DNA of 64,000 nt from Eledone cirrhosa (Eukaryota): contig OZ024743.1 in the NCBI GenBank assembly GCA_964016885.1, forward strand, positions 160,704,001 through 160,768,000, read 5' to 3'. The position numbers and the translations under genes were made by a program. This document shows, one piece after another, positions 1-12,162 of the stretch. Below the pieces are notes generated by a model. The model was not told where the DNA came from. It was given only the letters and a program-made list of their open reading frames with translations, and did no database searches. The first letter of the stretch is position 1. The number at the start of each line of letters is the position of its first letter.

Positions 1-560
1 TGGTGTCAGTGGTATTCGGTGTGGAAGAGTCCATTCTGGGTGAATCCATTTCGATGTCACGAGATAATAATTTATTTTTTGTTTCTGTTGTCGCTGTGGT
101 GGTGGTGGTGGTGGTATCAGTGGTGTTGGTTGTTCTTTTTGACATTGAGGTGGTTGTGCTGGTGGGGGGGGGGGGGATTTAACACCTGCAGTTATTGGTA
201 ATGGTGGGAAATCCATGTTTTTAAGCGGCAAATCTAAATAATTGAGACTACTATTAATTATATTTTCAGTGTTGGCAACCGTGGCAAGGTTTACAATGGT
301 GGTGGTAGGGGATGTTAGTCTGTTAAAAACAGATTTATCGTCCATCTTTTTTTTTCAAAGAAATATTTTGCTTGATAAATAAAAAGTTTAAATTTTCTGC
401 TCAAGGCCCAAATATTATTGAGTGTCATTTTCAGAAAGCATTATATGTAAACTTATAAACACTTAACAACAAAAATTTTCCATAACTGGCAATTTGAAAC
501 AACTGAAAACAACAACCCTTTGTAGAGCTCACGATAATACGATTTCCTACGTAGGTCGCC
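1..560 (-). mobile_element. 5' end (5'UTR and start of ORF1) of a Tx1-like non-LTR retrotransposon running off the left edge
   Basis: Homologous to ~17560-18016: shares aacacctgcagt(t/c)attggtaatgg and the terminal ctacgtaggtcgcc, then abuts (AAT)n. Confidence 0.85.

Positions 561-617
<57 letters not shown>
561..617. repeat. (AAT)n microsatellite separating two Tx1-like elements
   Basis: Seen directly. Confidence 0.99.
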
Positions 618-618
<1 letters not shown>

Positions 619-859
619 TTTTCTTTATTGGCCTCAAGGGCTGACACGAATAAAAACATTAGAGGCGGCACAGAACAGTACAGGACGATACAAAGTGGGT
701 TTTGGTCGTGTAAACAGGTTATAACAAAATCGGGCTAGAAATCCTAAGGAATTCAAACAACAAAAATTCCCCAAAAGGGGGGAAACCTCCGAGGGCCACT
801 CGTGGCGAAAACTACACAAAAGACCACGGCCACCATTACCAACAGGGCAAGCGCCCTCT

Positions 860-3729
860 CTCAGGTTTCCCACTCCTCAGTCTACAGGCGCATACACAGA
901 GCGGGCCGGCTCACCCGGACCAGACTCGCCACTTTCACCCACCTTTCAATAAACTTACTAGAAGACAGCACTTGCCTCTACACCCTGATTTTCTTCTTCA
1001 AGTGAAACTTGAAGAAGTTAATCAGGGATTCCAGCTTCCAAGCGCTATCGCTGATCCAGGACTGCAGCTCCGTCAAGGAGACGAGCTGGGGAAAAACGCG
1101 TCTGGCAAACGGAGCCCACACATGTTCACAGTCAAGGAAGCACCAGAGATGTCGCAGCCTCAGCGCATGCTTGCGCATAATCAGCCACGGCATGCCTAGT
1201 CCTCCACGCAACGGGTGTTGACAGCAATGGATCGTCGGACCATGGGAGCACGTCCCTTCCACAAACTGCGTAACAGAAGGTGTTCCCTCTTGGTCAGAGT
1301 TGGGCGGGGGCAATATACGAAGGTCAGGTGGTAGCAGATGACCGACGCTATGTACGCATTCGCCACCTCCGCCCGACCTTTCAGAGACAGCCTCCTCTCG
1401 GCCCATTTTTGGGTGAGAGAGGCCACCCTGCTCGTCACCTCTCTCCATTTTTTCTCCATCTGGAGTTCCAGATCGAACCAGACCCCTAGCAATTTAACTG
1501 GTCCTTCCGTCCTGTGCCACACGACGCTGTAAGGACGGCATGGACTTGCCTCTCCAGGTGCCGAGTTACAAGCCCACCGACTTTTCCTGATTTATCTTCG
1601 CTCCTGTGACCGCTTCGTATTCCTTGAGAGCGGTGCCAAACATCTGGACGTGTTTGGTGCTCGACACCACCACGGTGTCGTCGTCGGCGTAAGAGGACAC
1701 GGATCTCCCGCATCCCAGTTCGCGATGGACCCCCCTCATCAACTCCAATTTGTGCAGTAACTGCTCTAGAGCCAGTACGTACAAGAGTGACGAGAGGAGG
1801 CAACCCTGGCGGACCGAGCGCATGATGCTGAAAGGCTGCGACAGGGGACCATTCACCGTCACAATGGAGCAGATTTCGCTGTGCATCGCAGCGATCCAGC
1901 CCCTAAAAACGGGACCGAAGCCGGTCGCCTTGTTGATCGCAGCCAGGTACCGATGGTCCACCCTATCAAATGCTTTAGATTGATTCAAGTTGATCAGAGT
2001 CCCACCCGTGCCAGGTTCCATAACCACCCTCTCTATGATGTATCGCATGAGATGGAGGTTGTCGTGGATGGATTTTTCCGGAATAGCGCATGTCTACGCC
2101 TCTCCTACCAGATCACTGACGACAAGTGCCAATCTCTTTGCTAACACCTTGGCCAAAATCTTAAACTCTGCGTTTAGCAGAGTTATGGCCCTGATGTTGT
2201 CTATAACGTCCCCCTTGTTCGGGTCTTTTCGCAGCTGCGCCACCGCTCCTCGGCTTACAAAATTGGGAATGCTCCCGTTCTGCTGCCAGTTGCAGTAGAC
2301 ATCTGCAAAGAATTCGCCGAACAAGTCTGGCATATAAGCATATAGCTCGTAGGGCAAACCATCCAAACGTGGCGATTTACCCCTCGTGCACTCAGACATC
2401 GTCTCCCGTATTCAACCTGCTGTTATCGGCTTTTCTCAGCACTGCGCTGCGGTCGTCGAGAGCCGCGGCACTCTCTCGAGGTATGCACCGAAGTCCACAC
2501 TCCGATCTGGCCCGCCGCCGCTCCCGAACAATTGAGCAAAGTGCTGTTGAAAAGCCGCACACATCTGCTGTTTCGAGCAACATGCGCCCGTTTTGATCAG
2601 GCAAAGACCGAATTGTGGACTTGTTGCCACGGCGCGCCTCCGGCACCCGGGCCCATTGGACGGCTTTCGTCCCCTCGTGTCTTAGAGCACGCGCTCTAGC
2701 TCTGACAATGCAGCCTTCATGCTTTGCGTTGAAAAATTGTTCGAGTACCAATCTCGCCCAAGCACGTCAGTTGCGATGCGTATCCTAAACCCCTCTTCTA
2801 GCTTTCTAACTAACTCTCCCTCTATTCTATTTTCCTCTATCACTACTCCTTTGCTAAACCTTATCTATTCTTCTCTAATAGCCCTTTTCAGTGTAAACCA
2901 CCACCTGTTGTTGAGGATCGTACCCGTCAACGCACGCTTAACTAATTCGCTAATCCGGTCTCTGTAAACTTTGCGCGCCAGGAACGACGTATTCAGCTTC
3001 CAGGAGCCGGGCCCTTGCCTATGGAGTCTATCTAAGTCAACTTCACAGATCACAAATTTGTCGACTACTTTAAATTGTGGAAAATCTACACTAGCCTTAT
3101 CTGTTTCCCTACAGAATACCCTATCTAAATACGATCTGGATGACCAGATGCGGTTTGCCCATGTCCACATTGGCACATTCGGATAATCCATTCTATACCT
3201 GTCAGACAGTTCAAAATGTCTGAGCAGATTGTTGAGGCTTTTACACCCTCCTACCCTGTCTACTAGCCCCACATAATCCCAGCGTGCATCTAAGATACCG
3301 TTCCAGTCGCCCACTAACCCTGAAGAGCGGGACGTTCCAAGAAAGTTCTCTAGACGTCTGAAGAAATCTTGCCGTCCTGCCCCTGTTGGGGTGTAGACGG
3401 CAACTAGCCTGAAAGCATTGCCTTCGCTGCCAGACACGTCCAGCACCACCGATTTACCTTCTGGGTCCAGGAAGATAGCCCGTACGGCGAGATCCATGCC
3501 CCTCCGAAAAAGCACGGTAACCCCTCCCTCCCGATCCTGAACGGGTGGGAGATCCGTATACATCGTAGCCGCCGAAGATCGGTGCGAAGGTACGTGCTTC
3601 GAAGATTCTGGTCTCGCTGATGGCCACCACATCTATGTTTAGTGACATGAGGTCGATGAGCAGGTGACCCTGCTTCCAAGATGATCCCAGGCCACGTACA
3701 TTTATACTGCCTATTCTAAGTACGGCCAT
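860..3729 (-). pseudogene. Tx1-like ORF2 (APE endonuclease + reverse transcriptase), frameshifted
   Basis: ORF pieces 3454-3729, 2865-3632, 2392-2751, 2094-2399, 1566-2048, 1196-1522 and 978-1448 carry collinear APE and RT motifs. Confidence 0.9.
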
Positions 3730-3744
3730 GTTGGATGAGAAACG

Positions 3745-5620
3745 ATCACTTACCTTGATTGTGTGGTGTAGATACAGTAGAACCGTCCCTTTGGTTGGTC
3801 ATGGGTGTTTCCAATAGTATGTCAGTGTATATCCTCTTGGTAAGCGACCCTCTGAAGTCTCCAAATGCGTTGGGCAATTGTTGTTTTAAAAGTTTGTAAT
3901 GTTTTATTTTGATTTCAATGATGATTATATTTGTCGGGAGAGTTCTTGGTGTTGGTGGGGTGTAGTAGTGTTTTTTTCTGTAACGTCTGGGTGCTGCTTT
4001 ATATCTTGTAAGACTTCTTTATTTGCCATGTTTATGGCTGTGTATTTTTTGGGGGGTAGGGGTGATTTTGTGGCTGTTTTCTTGTTGTTGCTGTTGGGTA
4101 GTGTGTTCTGTTGTGTTTGCGATGTTGGTGTTTTTTGTGTTACTGGTGTGGTTGTTACACCTCTTTGTCTGCTTTCGCTTTTGGAGGGTGAAGCTAAGAG
4201 TTATTTTCTTTTGTGGCAGACCGTTTGCAACTTCCCTCCCGCCTCACACTCCATGTCGGACCCCGGGGCATCCGGGAGGGGCATGAGCCTCACTGCTGTT
4301 GGTGGTGGTAGTGGAACCCGCTCCTGCGATTTTACAGCCGGTGTAGCTACTGCGACTGTTGGTGTTGCTGCCACTGCTGCCGCTGCTTTAGTTGTATGTG
4401 GCCTTGGTATGGGTTCCACGGACGTTGCCCTCCTACTCACCGTGGAGGGTCTTCTGCCTCTGTTGTCTGCCCTGCTCTTGGTAGCAGCGGATTAGGCGTC
4501 GGAAGGAGGGTTGCCCTCTTCTCAGCTGTCTTCTGTGGGAAGAAAGCCCTGAGTTGACCCTTCTACCCACAGAGATAGCACTTTGGGCGCCTTCCTTCCA
4601 CGCTTATTGGGAATTGGCGCCCTTCTTCGAGGTCTATCATGTCTGGGATGGCCTCAATGCACTCCTGGATGCACTCCTGGAATTAGCATTTGCATGCCTA
4701 TTCCTGACCAGTTCTCTCTTCCCATTCTCTGTATTTGCAGTATGGTGGTCTTCTCCCCGATCCCAGCCAGTACAGACGCGGCCAGCCAAAGTAAGGGCAC
4801 GTCGGGCGGGACCTGGGTCAATTTGACCCTCACAATTTTCTGCCAGCAGTAGGAGGGCACCAAGACTATCTCCTCACTCTTTAGAGTTTCCAAAGAGTGA
4901 GACTTTGCCTCTTGGGGGGGGGGGGGGACGAAAAGTACGTCTACTGTGGCGTACTTTTTGCCTCGGGTTATGTGGGTTTTGCGCGCCCAGACGCACCCCA
5001 AGGCCTTTTGGATTTGAGCCTCCGTGTTTCTCTCCACCCGATGTGACATTTTGCTTGCGCAGTTGCTGGTCTTTGATAAAATCGTGTGAAGGTTTCAGGG
5101 AAACTCTATTGTCGTTACTCGACACCATGGCCCTTGCGACTGCCATCTCCTCCTCCGTGACTAGCACTGTCTCTATGTTTCGGGCCACACCTGCGAAAGA
5201 AGTGGCCCCTTTTTCAGCGGCATCATTATTGCTGCTCCTACTGCTGCTACTGGTCTTGTTGTTGGTGTTGTTGCTGTTATCATTGTTGTAGTTGGTTTTG
5301 TTTTTGGTGCCACCGTTGTTGTTGTTTTCGGTGCAATTTGTATTGTTGATGTTGGTGTTGTCGTTGTTTATTTTCTTGTTAGTGGTGTTAATATCGTTGT
5401 TGCATTTGTTGTCATCTTTTTCTGCTGTCTGTATTTTGGTTGACGCTGTTATTATTGTAGTTGGTGTGGTAATGTTTTCAAAATTAGTGTTCTCAGTGTT
5501 GTTGTCTTTGTTCACGTTGTTTGTGGTGGTGTCTGTTGTATGAATTTCACTAACCCTCCTCTCAACTTTTACGCCATTGTCACACAACAGCAGACATATT
5601 GCTGGGGGTGTGGCTGAGCC
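3745..5620 (-). pseudogene. Tx1-like ORF1 (gag-like zinc-knuckle protein), frameshifted
   Basis: Fragments align with 16333-17328 (IQKALGxVWARK, LVPSYC, ENWSG); EGRRPKCYLCG knuckle remnant at ~4550-4600. Confidence 0.75.
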
Positions 5621-5850
5621 ATGTTTTTTTTTAAATAATTTTTTTTTTTAGACGTAAAATGTTCAAATATTTAGGCCAAAAGGCCCAAATACTATACTTT
5701 CCCCTTCACAGGACAAAGTCTAAGGGCTTATATCCCTTACACAACAAGAAATATTTAACAACAAATAATTTTAACAGGCAAATAAAGCGACTTACTGGGA
5801 GCGAGAAAAAGACGTCCCATTAGACCAATAATAATAATAATAATAATAAT

Positions 5851-5998
5851 GGTTTCTTTATTGGCCACAAGTGTTAACATTAAGAAAAACATTTAACGGC
5901 ACAGAACGGTAAGGACAATAGAAAGTGGGTTTTGGCCGTGTAAAAAGGTTATAACATGAAGGTAGAAATGTGTAAAAACAAATCACAAAAATTCAAAC
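5851..5998 (-). mobile_element. Short 3'-terminal fragment (5'-truncated copy) of the Tx1-like family
   Basis: Matches 618-770 (tttctttattggcc...aaagtgggttttgg...ggttataac); AAT repeats on both sides. Confidence 0.85.
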
Positions 5999-6007
5999 AA
6001 TAATAAT

Positions 6008-6191
6008 TGTTCCTACTTTTGGCACAAGCCCAGCAATAACCCAGTGTATTACTGGTACTTTATTTTATCGACCCCGTAAGGATGAAAGGCAAAGTTAACC
6101 TCGGCGGGATTTGAACTCAGAATGGCAAGGGCCGTAACTCTATGCGTCAAAGCATGGTCTCCGACCCTCTACCGATACTGCCAATCCACAC
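6008..6191 (-). mobile_element. tRNA-derived SINE copy
   Basis: Minus strand has an A-box-like TGGCAGTATCGG, a B-box GAGTTCAAATCCC, the core GCCTTTCATCCTTACGGGGTCGATAAAATAAAGTACCAGT and an ATT tail. Confidence 0.85.
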
Positions 6192-6203
6192 AATAATAAT
6201 AAT

Positions 6204-6385
6204 TGTTTCTACTTTTGGCACAAGGCCAGCAATTACCCAGTACATTACTGGTACTTTATTTTGTCGACCCCGTAATGATGAAAGGCAAAGTTAACCTCGA
6301 CGGGATTTGAACACACACCGTAAAGGGACGTAACTATGCTGGAAAGCATGGCGCCCGACTCTCTACCGATACTGCCAATCCACCG
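6204..6385 (-). mobile_element. tRNA-derived SINE copy
   Basis: Same family as 6008-6191, flanked by AAT repeats. Confidence 0.85.
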
Positions 6386-6879
6386 AATAATAATAATACA
6401 CAAACATTATAGTCGTCATTAAAATTAGCTCTGGCTGGTAGAAGAATATCTTCTCATCAATATAGATGTGCAGATTCTACCCTATATCTCTTATCTGCAG
6501 TTTCTACAATAGGTTCTATTTCTCTGAGCCAAGCAATCTGTTAAGCACCTTTCCTAATCCCCCTGATGAATCCAACTCTCTTCCGCTCCTTATCCATCCT
6601 ATTGTATCTCACCCTACTAAAACTTGCACTGTACTAAATATTTTTCTTTAATCATTCCTCCTTGGGTGCAAACCTCTACAATTTAATTCTCCTTCTTCCC
6701 AATTTTCTAACAGGCATTGACCAACAAGTGTTGAAAGTATATATCAATGACATCAACCTCATTAACAGGAACAAGCACAATAGTCACGGGCATTTTCCAA
6801 CTTCTTCATCGGACCAAATCATGAATTCTAAAATAGACTTGACGTCTCAAATTTAGAAGAAAGGAATTTCATTCAGCTT

Positions 6880-6995
6880 GTGGGTATTTTTACCTTATCG
6901 ACCGTGAAAGGCAAAGGCTTACTTCAGTGGGATTTGAATTTAACGTGAAGAGAGTGAACAAATACTGCATGGCATTTTATCGATCGCTGTAACGA
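6880..6995 (-). mobile_element. Old, diverged SINE fragment
   Basis: Degenerate match to the SINE core (ttatcgacc..gaaaggcaaag..gggatttgaa). Confidence 0.5.
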
Positions 6996-7689
6996 GAAAA
7001 AAGAAGTGGAAAGTAGTGTATACATTGTTTGTCATATTTCATGTATGTATATCATTTGATTTGCCACGTAGACAACTTTTTTATTGTGTCGACTCAACCT
7101 TGAAAGAATACTCTAGTATATTATTTTCAATAAAACTATATTAAATCTGTTGTTTATGCTGCTGCTACATCTACTTTTGTTTAACCCCACATCGACTCTG
7201 ATTGAGTAGACCTATATCAAAAGTGGTCCATACATGACCATCTCGTATTTTATTTCCTGGGACCTTCTATCTAATATAGCATGATCCTATGGATATTTAT
7301 ACTATTTATTCAGACAGTAAGGTGTGATTTCAGGGAAACTTCACTAGTATTTCTCGGGACCATGTAGAAGCTCCCGAAATGTCAGCTATCAACAAGGAGA
7401 TATTCATGCCATACCTATAACAACAGTAAATTCAATAACTACTAACAAACAAATACTCTCACACAAACGAAATATGGAGGGACAGTTAATTTGCGATATT
7501 TGATTGTATGTATAGACTCATAATCCCTGGGGTGTCGTACGAGTTCCGTATTGATATTCGGCGTTTCTAGGGCTTTTTAAAAAACCTGGTGGAGATCATC
7601 TCCTCTCCAAGCCTGAATTCAGAAGATTTCTTCCAGAGAATGACAGAGAGTGAGAGGCTGGAAGTGAGAAAGAGATATACAAGAGGAAT

Positions 7690-7846
7690 TGATCTCAGTA
7701 CTAGACTGATACATCTTTTATAGAACTTGAATGGATGATAAGCAAAGTTGACCTCGGCGAGATTTGATCTCAGAGAGTAGAGAGTTGAAACGAATCGTGC
7801 AAATCATTCTATCCGACGTTCTAACGGCTTTGCCAATTCGCCGCCT
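7690..7846 (-). mobile_element. Old, diverged SINE copy
   Basis: ggatgataagcaaagttgacctcggcgagatttgatctcag...tgccaattcgccgcc matches the SINE core and head. Confidence 0.65.
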
Positions 7847-8318
7847 TGATGTTTGACTAAGACCATTCAAATAACATAAGTACCAGTCAAGTACTAGTGT
7901 CGGCGTAATCGACTATAAGTTGCAACCAGGTCGTTGTCGAATGGCTGAAACTAGTAAAAGAAAAATATCATTAGATATCGCTCTGAATGTGATACTTTGT
8001 GTCATTGAAATGGACTCTGTGGCGTTTATGATATTCCATCTATATCGATATTCAGAGTATCGAAGAATTATCAGTGCACCTGTTGCCAAGATTCGCCAAA
8101 TATTGATTAACTAAACAAAACCGTAGGGAAAAAATCTTCGATTTATCCAGCAATCCACATGTAAATTGTGATTCAGCTAAATAAAGAGAGATAAAATGGA
8201 GGCAGATGGAGAAAGTGTTATTGTTGATGAAGGAATGTTGCGAGTTGGCAGGTGTTTTCTGTGCGCCATGAACCCAACTATTGTAACGATGATGAGAAAG
8301 AGAGGAAATGATGGAAAA

Positions 8319-8405
8319 GAAGAAGAAGAAGAAGAAGAAGAAGAAGAAGAAGAAGAAGAAGGGGGAGGAGGGGAGGAGGAGAAGAAGAAGAAGAAGAAGA
8401 AGAAG

Positions 8406-8437
<32 letters not shown>

Positions 8438-8490
8438 GAAGAAGAAGAAGAAGAAGAAGAAGAAGAAGAAGAAGAAGAAGAAGAAGAAGA
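8319..8490. repeat. (GAA)n microsatellite, interrupted
   Basis: Seen directly. Confidence 0.98.
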
Positions 8491-8605
8491 GTTAAAAGGC
8501 ATCACAATAAACACTAATAGAGCAATATGTGTTAACGTTACTGATGTTGGTCAATGACAATGTACTCTATGTAGAGTAACTAATTCTGTTAATATAGAAA
8601 TTGAA

Positions 8606-8747
8606 TGTGTGTGTTTTTGTGCATATAAGTATGTGTGTGTATATATATATATATGTATGCATATACATATATGTGTGTGCGTGTATATATATATGTGTGT
8701 GTGTGTACGTATGTGTGTACGTATGTGTGTCTGTATATATATATACA
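8606..8747. repeat. Compound (TG)/(TA) low-complexity repeat
   Basis: Seen directly. Confidence 0.9.
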
Positions 8748-9156
8748 TTAGTTTGTTTTTGTTATTGGCTAAACGAAATTGCCGCACAGTTGGATTGGAG
8801 CACGTGGTTGCGAAACGACCATCTTAAGCACACAACATTGCTATGTTTGTATTTACAAACTGGAGGGCTTTCATCTTTTCATTATATTGTTGCCGAAAAA
8901 ACCCCACACACATTGCTTGAATCTGGGAGTATTCACCTGATGAATGATAAGCCTCGAACAAAATATATATATAATATTAATATGTAAGGGAATGAAGAAT
9001 CAGTGTTACATCATATACATATACATATTCAATTACATATTACATATGTTTCACTGTCGATCAGTTCGAGAATCGTTCTATTGATGATCGAACCTGACTC
9101 TGGAATCCTATACTATTGATATTCTGCTACCCAAGAGCATCGAGTGTTCATTCGGC

Positions 9157-9220
<64 letters not shown>
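9157..9220. repeat. (AAT)n microsatellite, left border of the large insertion cluster
   Basis: Seen directly. Confidence 0.99.
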
Positions 9221-9223
<3 letters not shown>

Positions 9224-11873
9224 CAGACAAGAAAGAGCAGAGCCGTGGTGGAAGAAGCGACTGAGTGGGCAAATCGGGGAAATGAGAAATGACATAGGAA
9301 AGCTTGAGTCACTACTGAATGGGACACTAAAAAACATAGGCACTAAAAATAGACTGGAAATAAAATACAAAACTAGGAGTAAAAAGCTAAATATTATCAT
9401 AGAGGAATTGAAGCAACGCATTGTAGCAAAGAGTGCCAAAATCAGGCGATACGAGAACAGAGTCAGTCAGTATAAACAGAACCGCATGTTCGACAACAAC
9501 CAGAAGATGCTGTTTGGACAGCTTGAGGGGAAAGAAAGAGGCACCGACTTGATCCCTGGGGCGGAACAAGCTAAAACATTCTGGAGAGGAATATGGGAGC
9601 AGGATGTTAGACACAATGCCCAGGCAGGGTGGATTGAGACAGTACAGAGGGAGATCGGTGAGCAGGCACAGCAACAGACTGATTTGAGTATCACAGTTGA
9701 AACTCTTAAGGGGCAAGCCAAAAAACTAACCAACTGGAAATCACCAGGCCCAGATGGTGTGCAGGGGTATTGGATTAAACATTTAACATCCCTCCACCCG
9801 AAGCTGACGGCCATGTTCAATGACTGCTTGGTGTCGGGTGAGGTGCCAGAGTGGTTGACAAAAGGTACCACAGTTCTGATAATGAAAGACCGAATCAAGG
9901 GTAATGATGTTACCAACTATAGACCTATCACATGTCTGCCCGTAATGTGGAAACTGTTGACGAGCATTGTGTCTGAGGAAATCTACCATCACCTCCACAC
10001 AAACAACTTGTTGCCGGACGAACAGAAAGGATGCCGAAAGAAGTCACGTGGTACAAAGGACCAGTTGCTTATTGATAAGATGGTAATGGGGAATTGCAGG
10101 AGGAGACACACTGATCTTGCCATGGGATGGATAGACTACAGAAAGGCATTTGACATGGTGCCTCATTCCTGGATCACCAAAAGCCTGGAGATCTTCAGGG
10201 TGGCAGATAACATCAGACAGTTGCTGGGCAGGAGTATGGGGTCCTGGGAGACAGAGTTGACATCAACTGGAGTATCCTTGGGAAGCGTGAAGATCAAGAG
10301 AGGTATCTTCCAGGGAGATAGCCTGTCCCCTCTGTTGTTTGTCCTTGCCCTGATGCCCTTGACCATTATGCTGCGAAAAGTGAGAGCAGGATACAAGTTG
10401 GGAAGGGGAGAGCTTACCATCAATCACCTCCTCTTCATGGACGATCTTAAGCTCTTCGGGAAAAGTGAGAAGGAGTTGGATGTGCTTGTTGACACTGTCC
10501 GTATTTTCAGCAGTGATATATGTATGCAGTTTGGTATTGGTAAATGTGGAGTCATTGTGATGAGGAGGGGTAGGTTGAGCAGAAGTAACGGGATCCAGAT
10601 ACCAACAGGTGAGATGATAAAGGAAATTGACTCTGAGGAAGGATACAAGTATTTGGGCGTTCTGGAGGCTGATGGCATAAAGAACAAAAAAATGAAGGAA
10701 TTGTTAAGAACTGAATACATTCGGAGAGTAAGGAGCGTATTGAAGTCACATCTGAACAGCAGAAATGCCATAAGCGCAGTAAATTCCCGAGCTGTGTCTA
10801 TTATTAGGTACAGTGCGGGAATTCTGAGATGGAATGTTGCTGAACAAAAAGAAATGGATAGGAAGACTAGGAAGCTATTGACTATCTACAACATGTTCCA
10901 CAAGAGGAGTGATGTCGATAGACTCTACCTAAGGAGATCTGAGGGTGGAAGAGGTCTTATCAGCATAGAGGACTGTGTTCAGATGGAGAAAAACAACCTA
11001 TACAAATACGTGACCTATAGTAAGGAGCCAATGCTCAGAGCTGTACTGAAGGAGGGGACAGTAGGCCAGGGGATACCCAAGGAGGAAATAACATCAAGGA
11101 GGAAGAGCAGCCTTAAGGGAAAATCCCTTCATAGTACCTTCTTTGAGAAAACTGAATTTAGAGATCCACAGACATGGAACTGGTTGAGAAGAGGAGACCT
11201 CAAAAAGGCTACAGAAGGAATGCTAATGGCTGCGCAGGAGCAGGCCCTCAAAACGAAGTGGTTGAAGCACCATATCTACAAGGAGGAGGCTAGCCCACTG
11301 TGCAGGATCTGTGGAGAGAGAGAGGAGACTGTGGCTCACATTGTGTCCGAGTGTAAACACCTAGCCCAGACCCACTATAAGGGCTGGAGACACGATGTGA
11401 TGGGCAGGGTGATCCACTGGCACCTGTGCAAAGTAAACAATCTACCACATTCTGAGAAATGGTATGAGCATAGGCCAGAGGCGGTGATGGAGAACAGTCA
11501 GGTGAAGGTGCTGTGGGATTTTAGGATACAGACGGACAAAAAACTGGAACACAATAGACCTGACCTGGTGGTTGTGGACAAAGAAAAAAGATCGTGCCTG
11601 ATTGTGGATGTGGCCTGCCCGTTCGACACGAGAGTGCAAGAGAAGGAGAGGGAGAAAATTAACCGATACCAGGACCTAAAGTGGGAGGTGAAAAGGATTT
11701 GGAACTGCCATGAAGTCAAAGTGATCCCGATTGTCATAGGCGCACTGGGGACTATCTCCAAAGGTTTCCAGGGATGGTTAAAGAAAATCGGCCCCTTCAC
11801 GCTTTTTGGAACGCTTCAAAAGGCATGCTTGCTTGGAACGGCAAGAACCCTCCGATACGTCCTGAATATCTGA
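9219..11873 (+). CDS. Family A RT-RLE protein, uninterrupted but lacking its N-terminus
   Basis: Motifs [52 protein letters not shown], CRICx8HIVSEC, RPDLVVVD..IVDVACP..K. The called start at 9144 and the poly-Asn come from flanking DNA. Confidence 0.85.
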
Positions 11874-11947
11874 GGCTGCAGGTAGTGGCTTGATATTCAA
11901 TCCAACGGACTTTCCAGTTAACCAACATCAATGACTGAGATTCAAGG
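9221..11947 (+). mobile_element. R4/Dong-like RLE non-LTR retrotransposon, family A copy 1 (5'-truncated, longest copy)
   Basis: Single open RT+CCHC+RLE frame, 74-bp 3'UTR, (AAC/AAT)n tail. Confidence 0.92.
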
Positions 11948-11980
11948 AATAACAATAACAATAATAATAATAATAATAAT

Positions 11981-12162
11981 TGTTTCTACTTTAGGCACAA
12001 GGCCAGCAATTACCCAGTACATTACTGGTACTTTATTTTATCGACCCCGTAAGGATGAAAGGCAAAGTCAACCTCGGCGAGATTTGAATTCGGATCGTAA
12101 AGGGACGTAACTATGCTGGAAAGCATGGCGTCCGACCCTCTACCGATACTGCCAATTCAACG
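11981..12162 (-). mobile_element. tRNA-derived SINE copy
   Basis: Near-identical to 6204-6385; shares the (AAT)n tract at 11948-11980 tail-to-tail with R4 family A. Confidence 0.88.

Larger units (their letters stand above)
618..5826 (-). mobile_element. Tx1-like (L1 group) non-LTR retrotransposon copy 1; both ends present, decayed, with an internal deletion near the ORF2 3' end
   Basis: ORF1 fragments (4874-5587, 4654-5049, degenerate CCHC). ORF2 APE (MAVLRIGSINVRG, LVGDWN, SYLDRVF) and RT (KAFDRVDH, SVRQGC, YADD). 3' AATAAA followed by an (ATT)n tail. Confidence 0.9.

Noticed and set aside
431-671. Poly-Leu/poly-Ile ORFs (also 8196-8517, 8551-8987, 48709-49027, 58317-58867)
   Set aside because: Translations of microsatellites with no protein motifs
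6008-6385. tRNA genes
   Set aside because: A/B boxes are present, but there is no cloverleaf and they are followed by SINE core and tail
6400-6830. Possible very old R4-like 3' fragment on the minus strand (DLVR..SWKMPVTIV)
   Set aside because: Only one short degenerate motif; not supportable without an alignment
9144-9220. Poly-Asn N-terminus on the 909-aa ORF (and poly-Ile starts at 18045 and 20066)
   Set aside because: Chance in-frame read-through of the (AAT)n target; not part of the element protein
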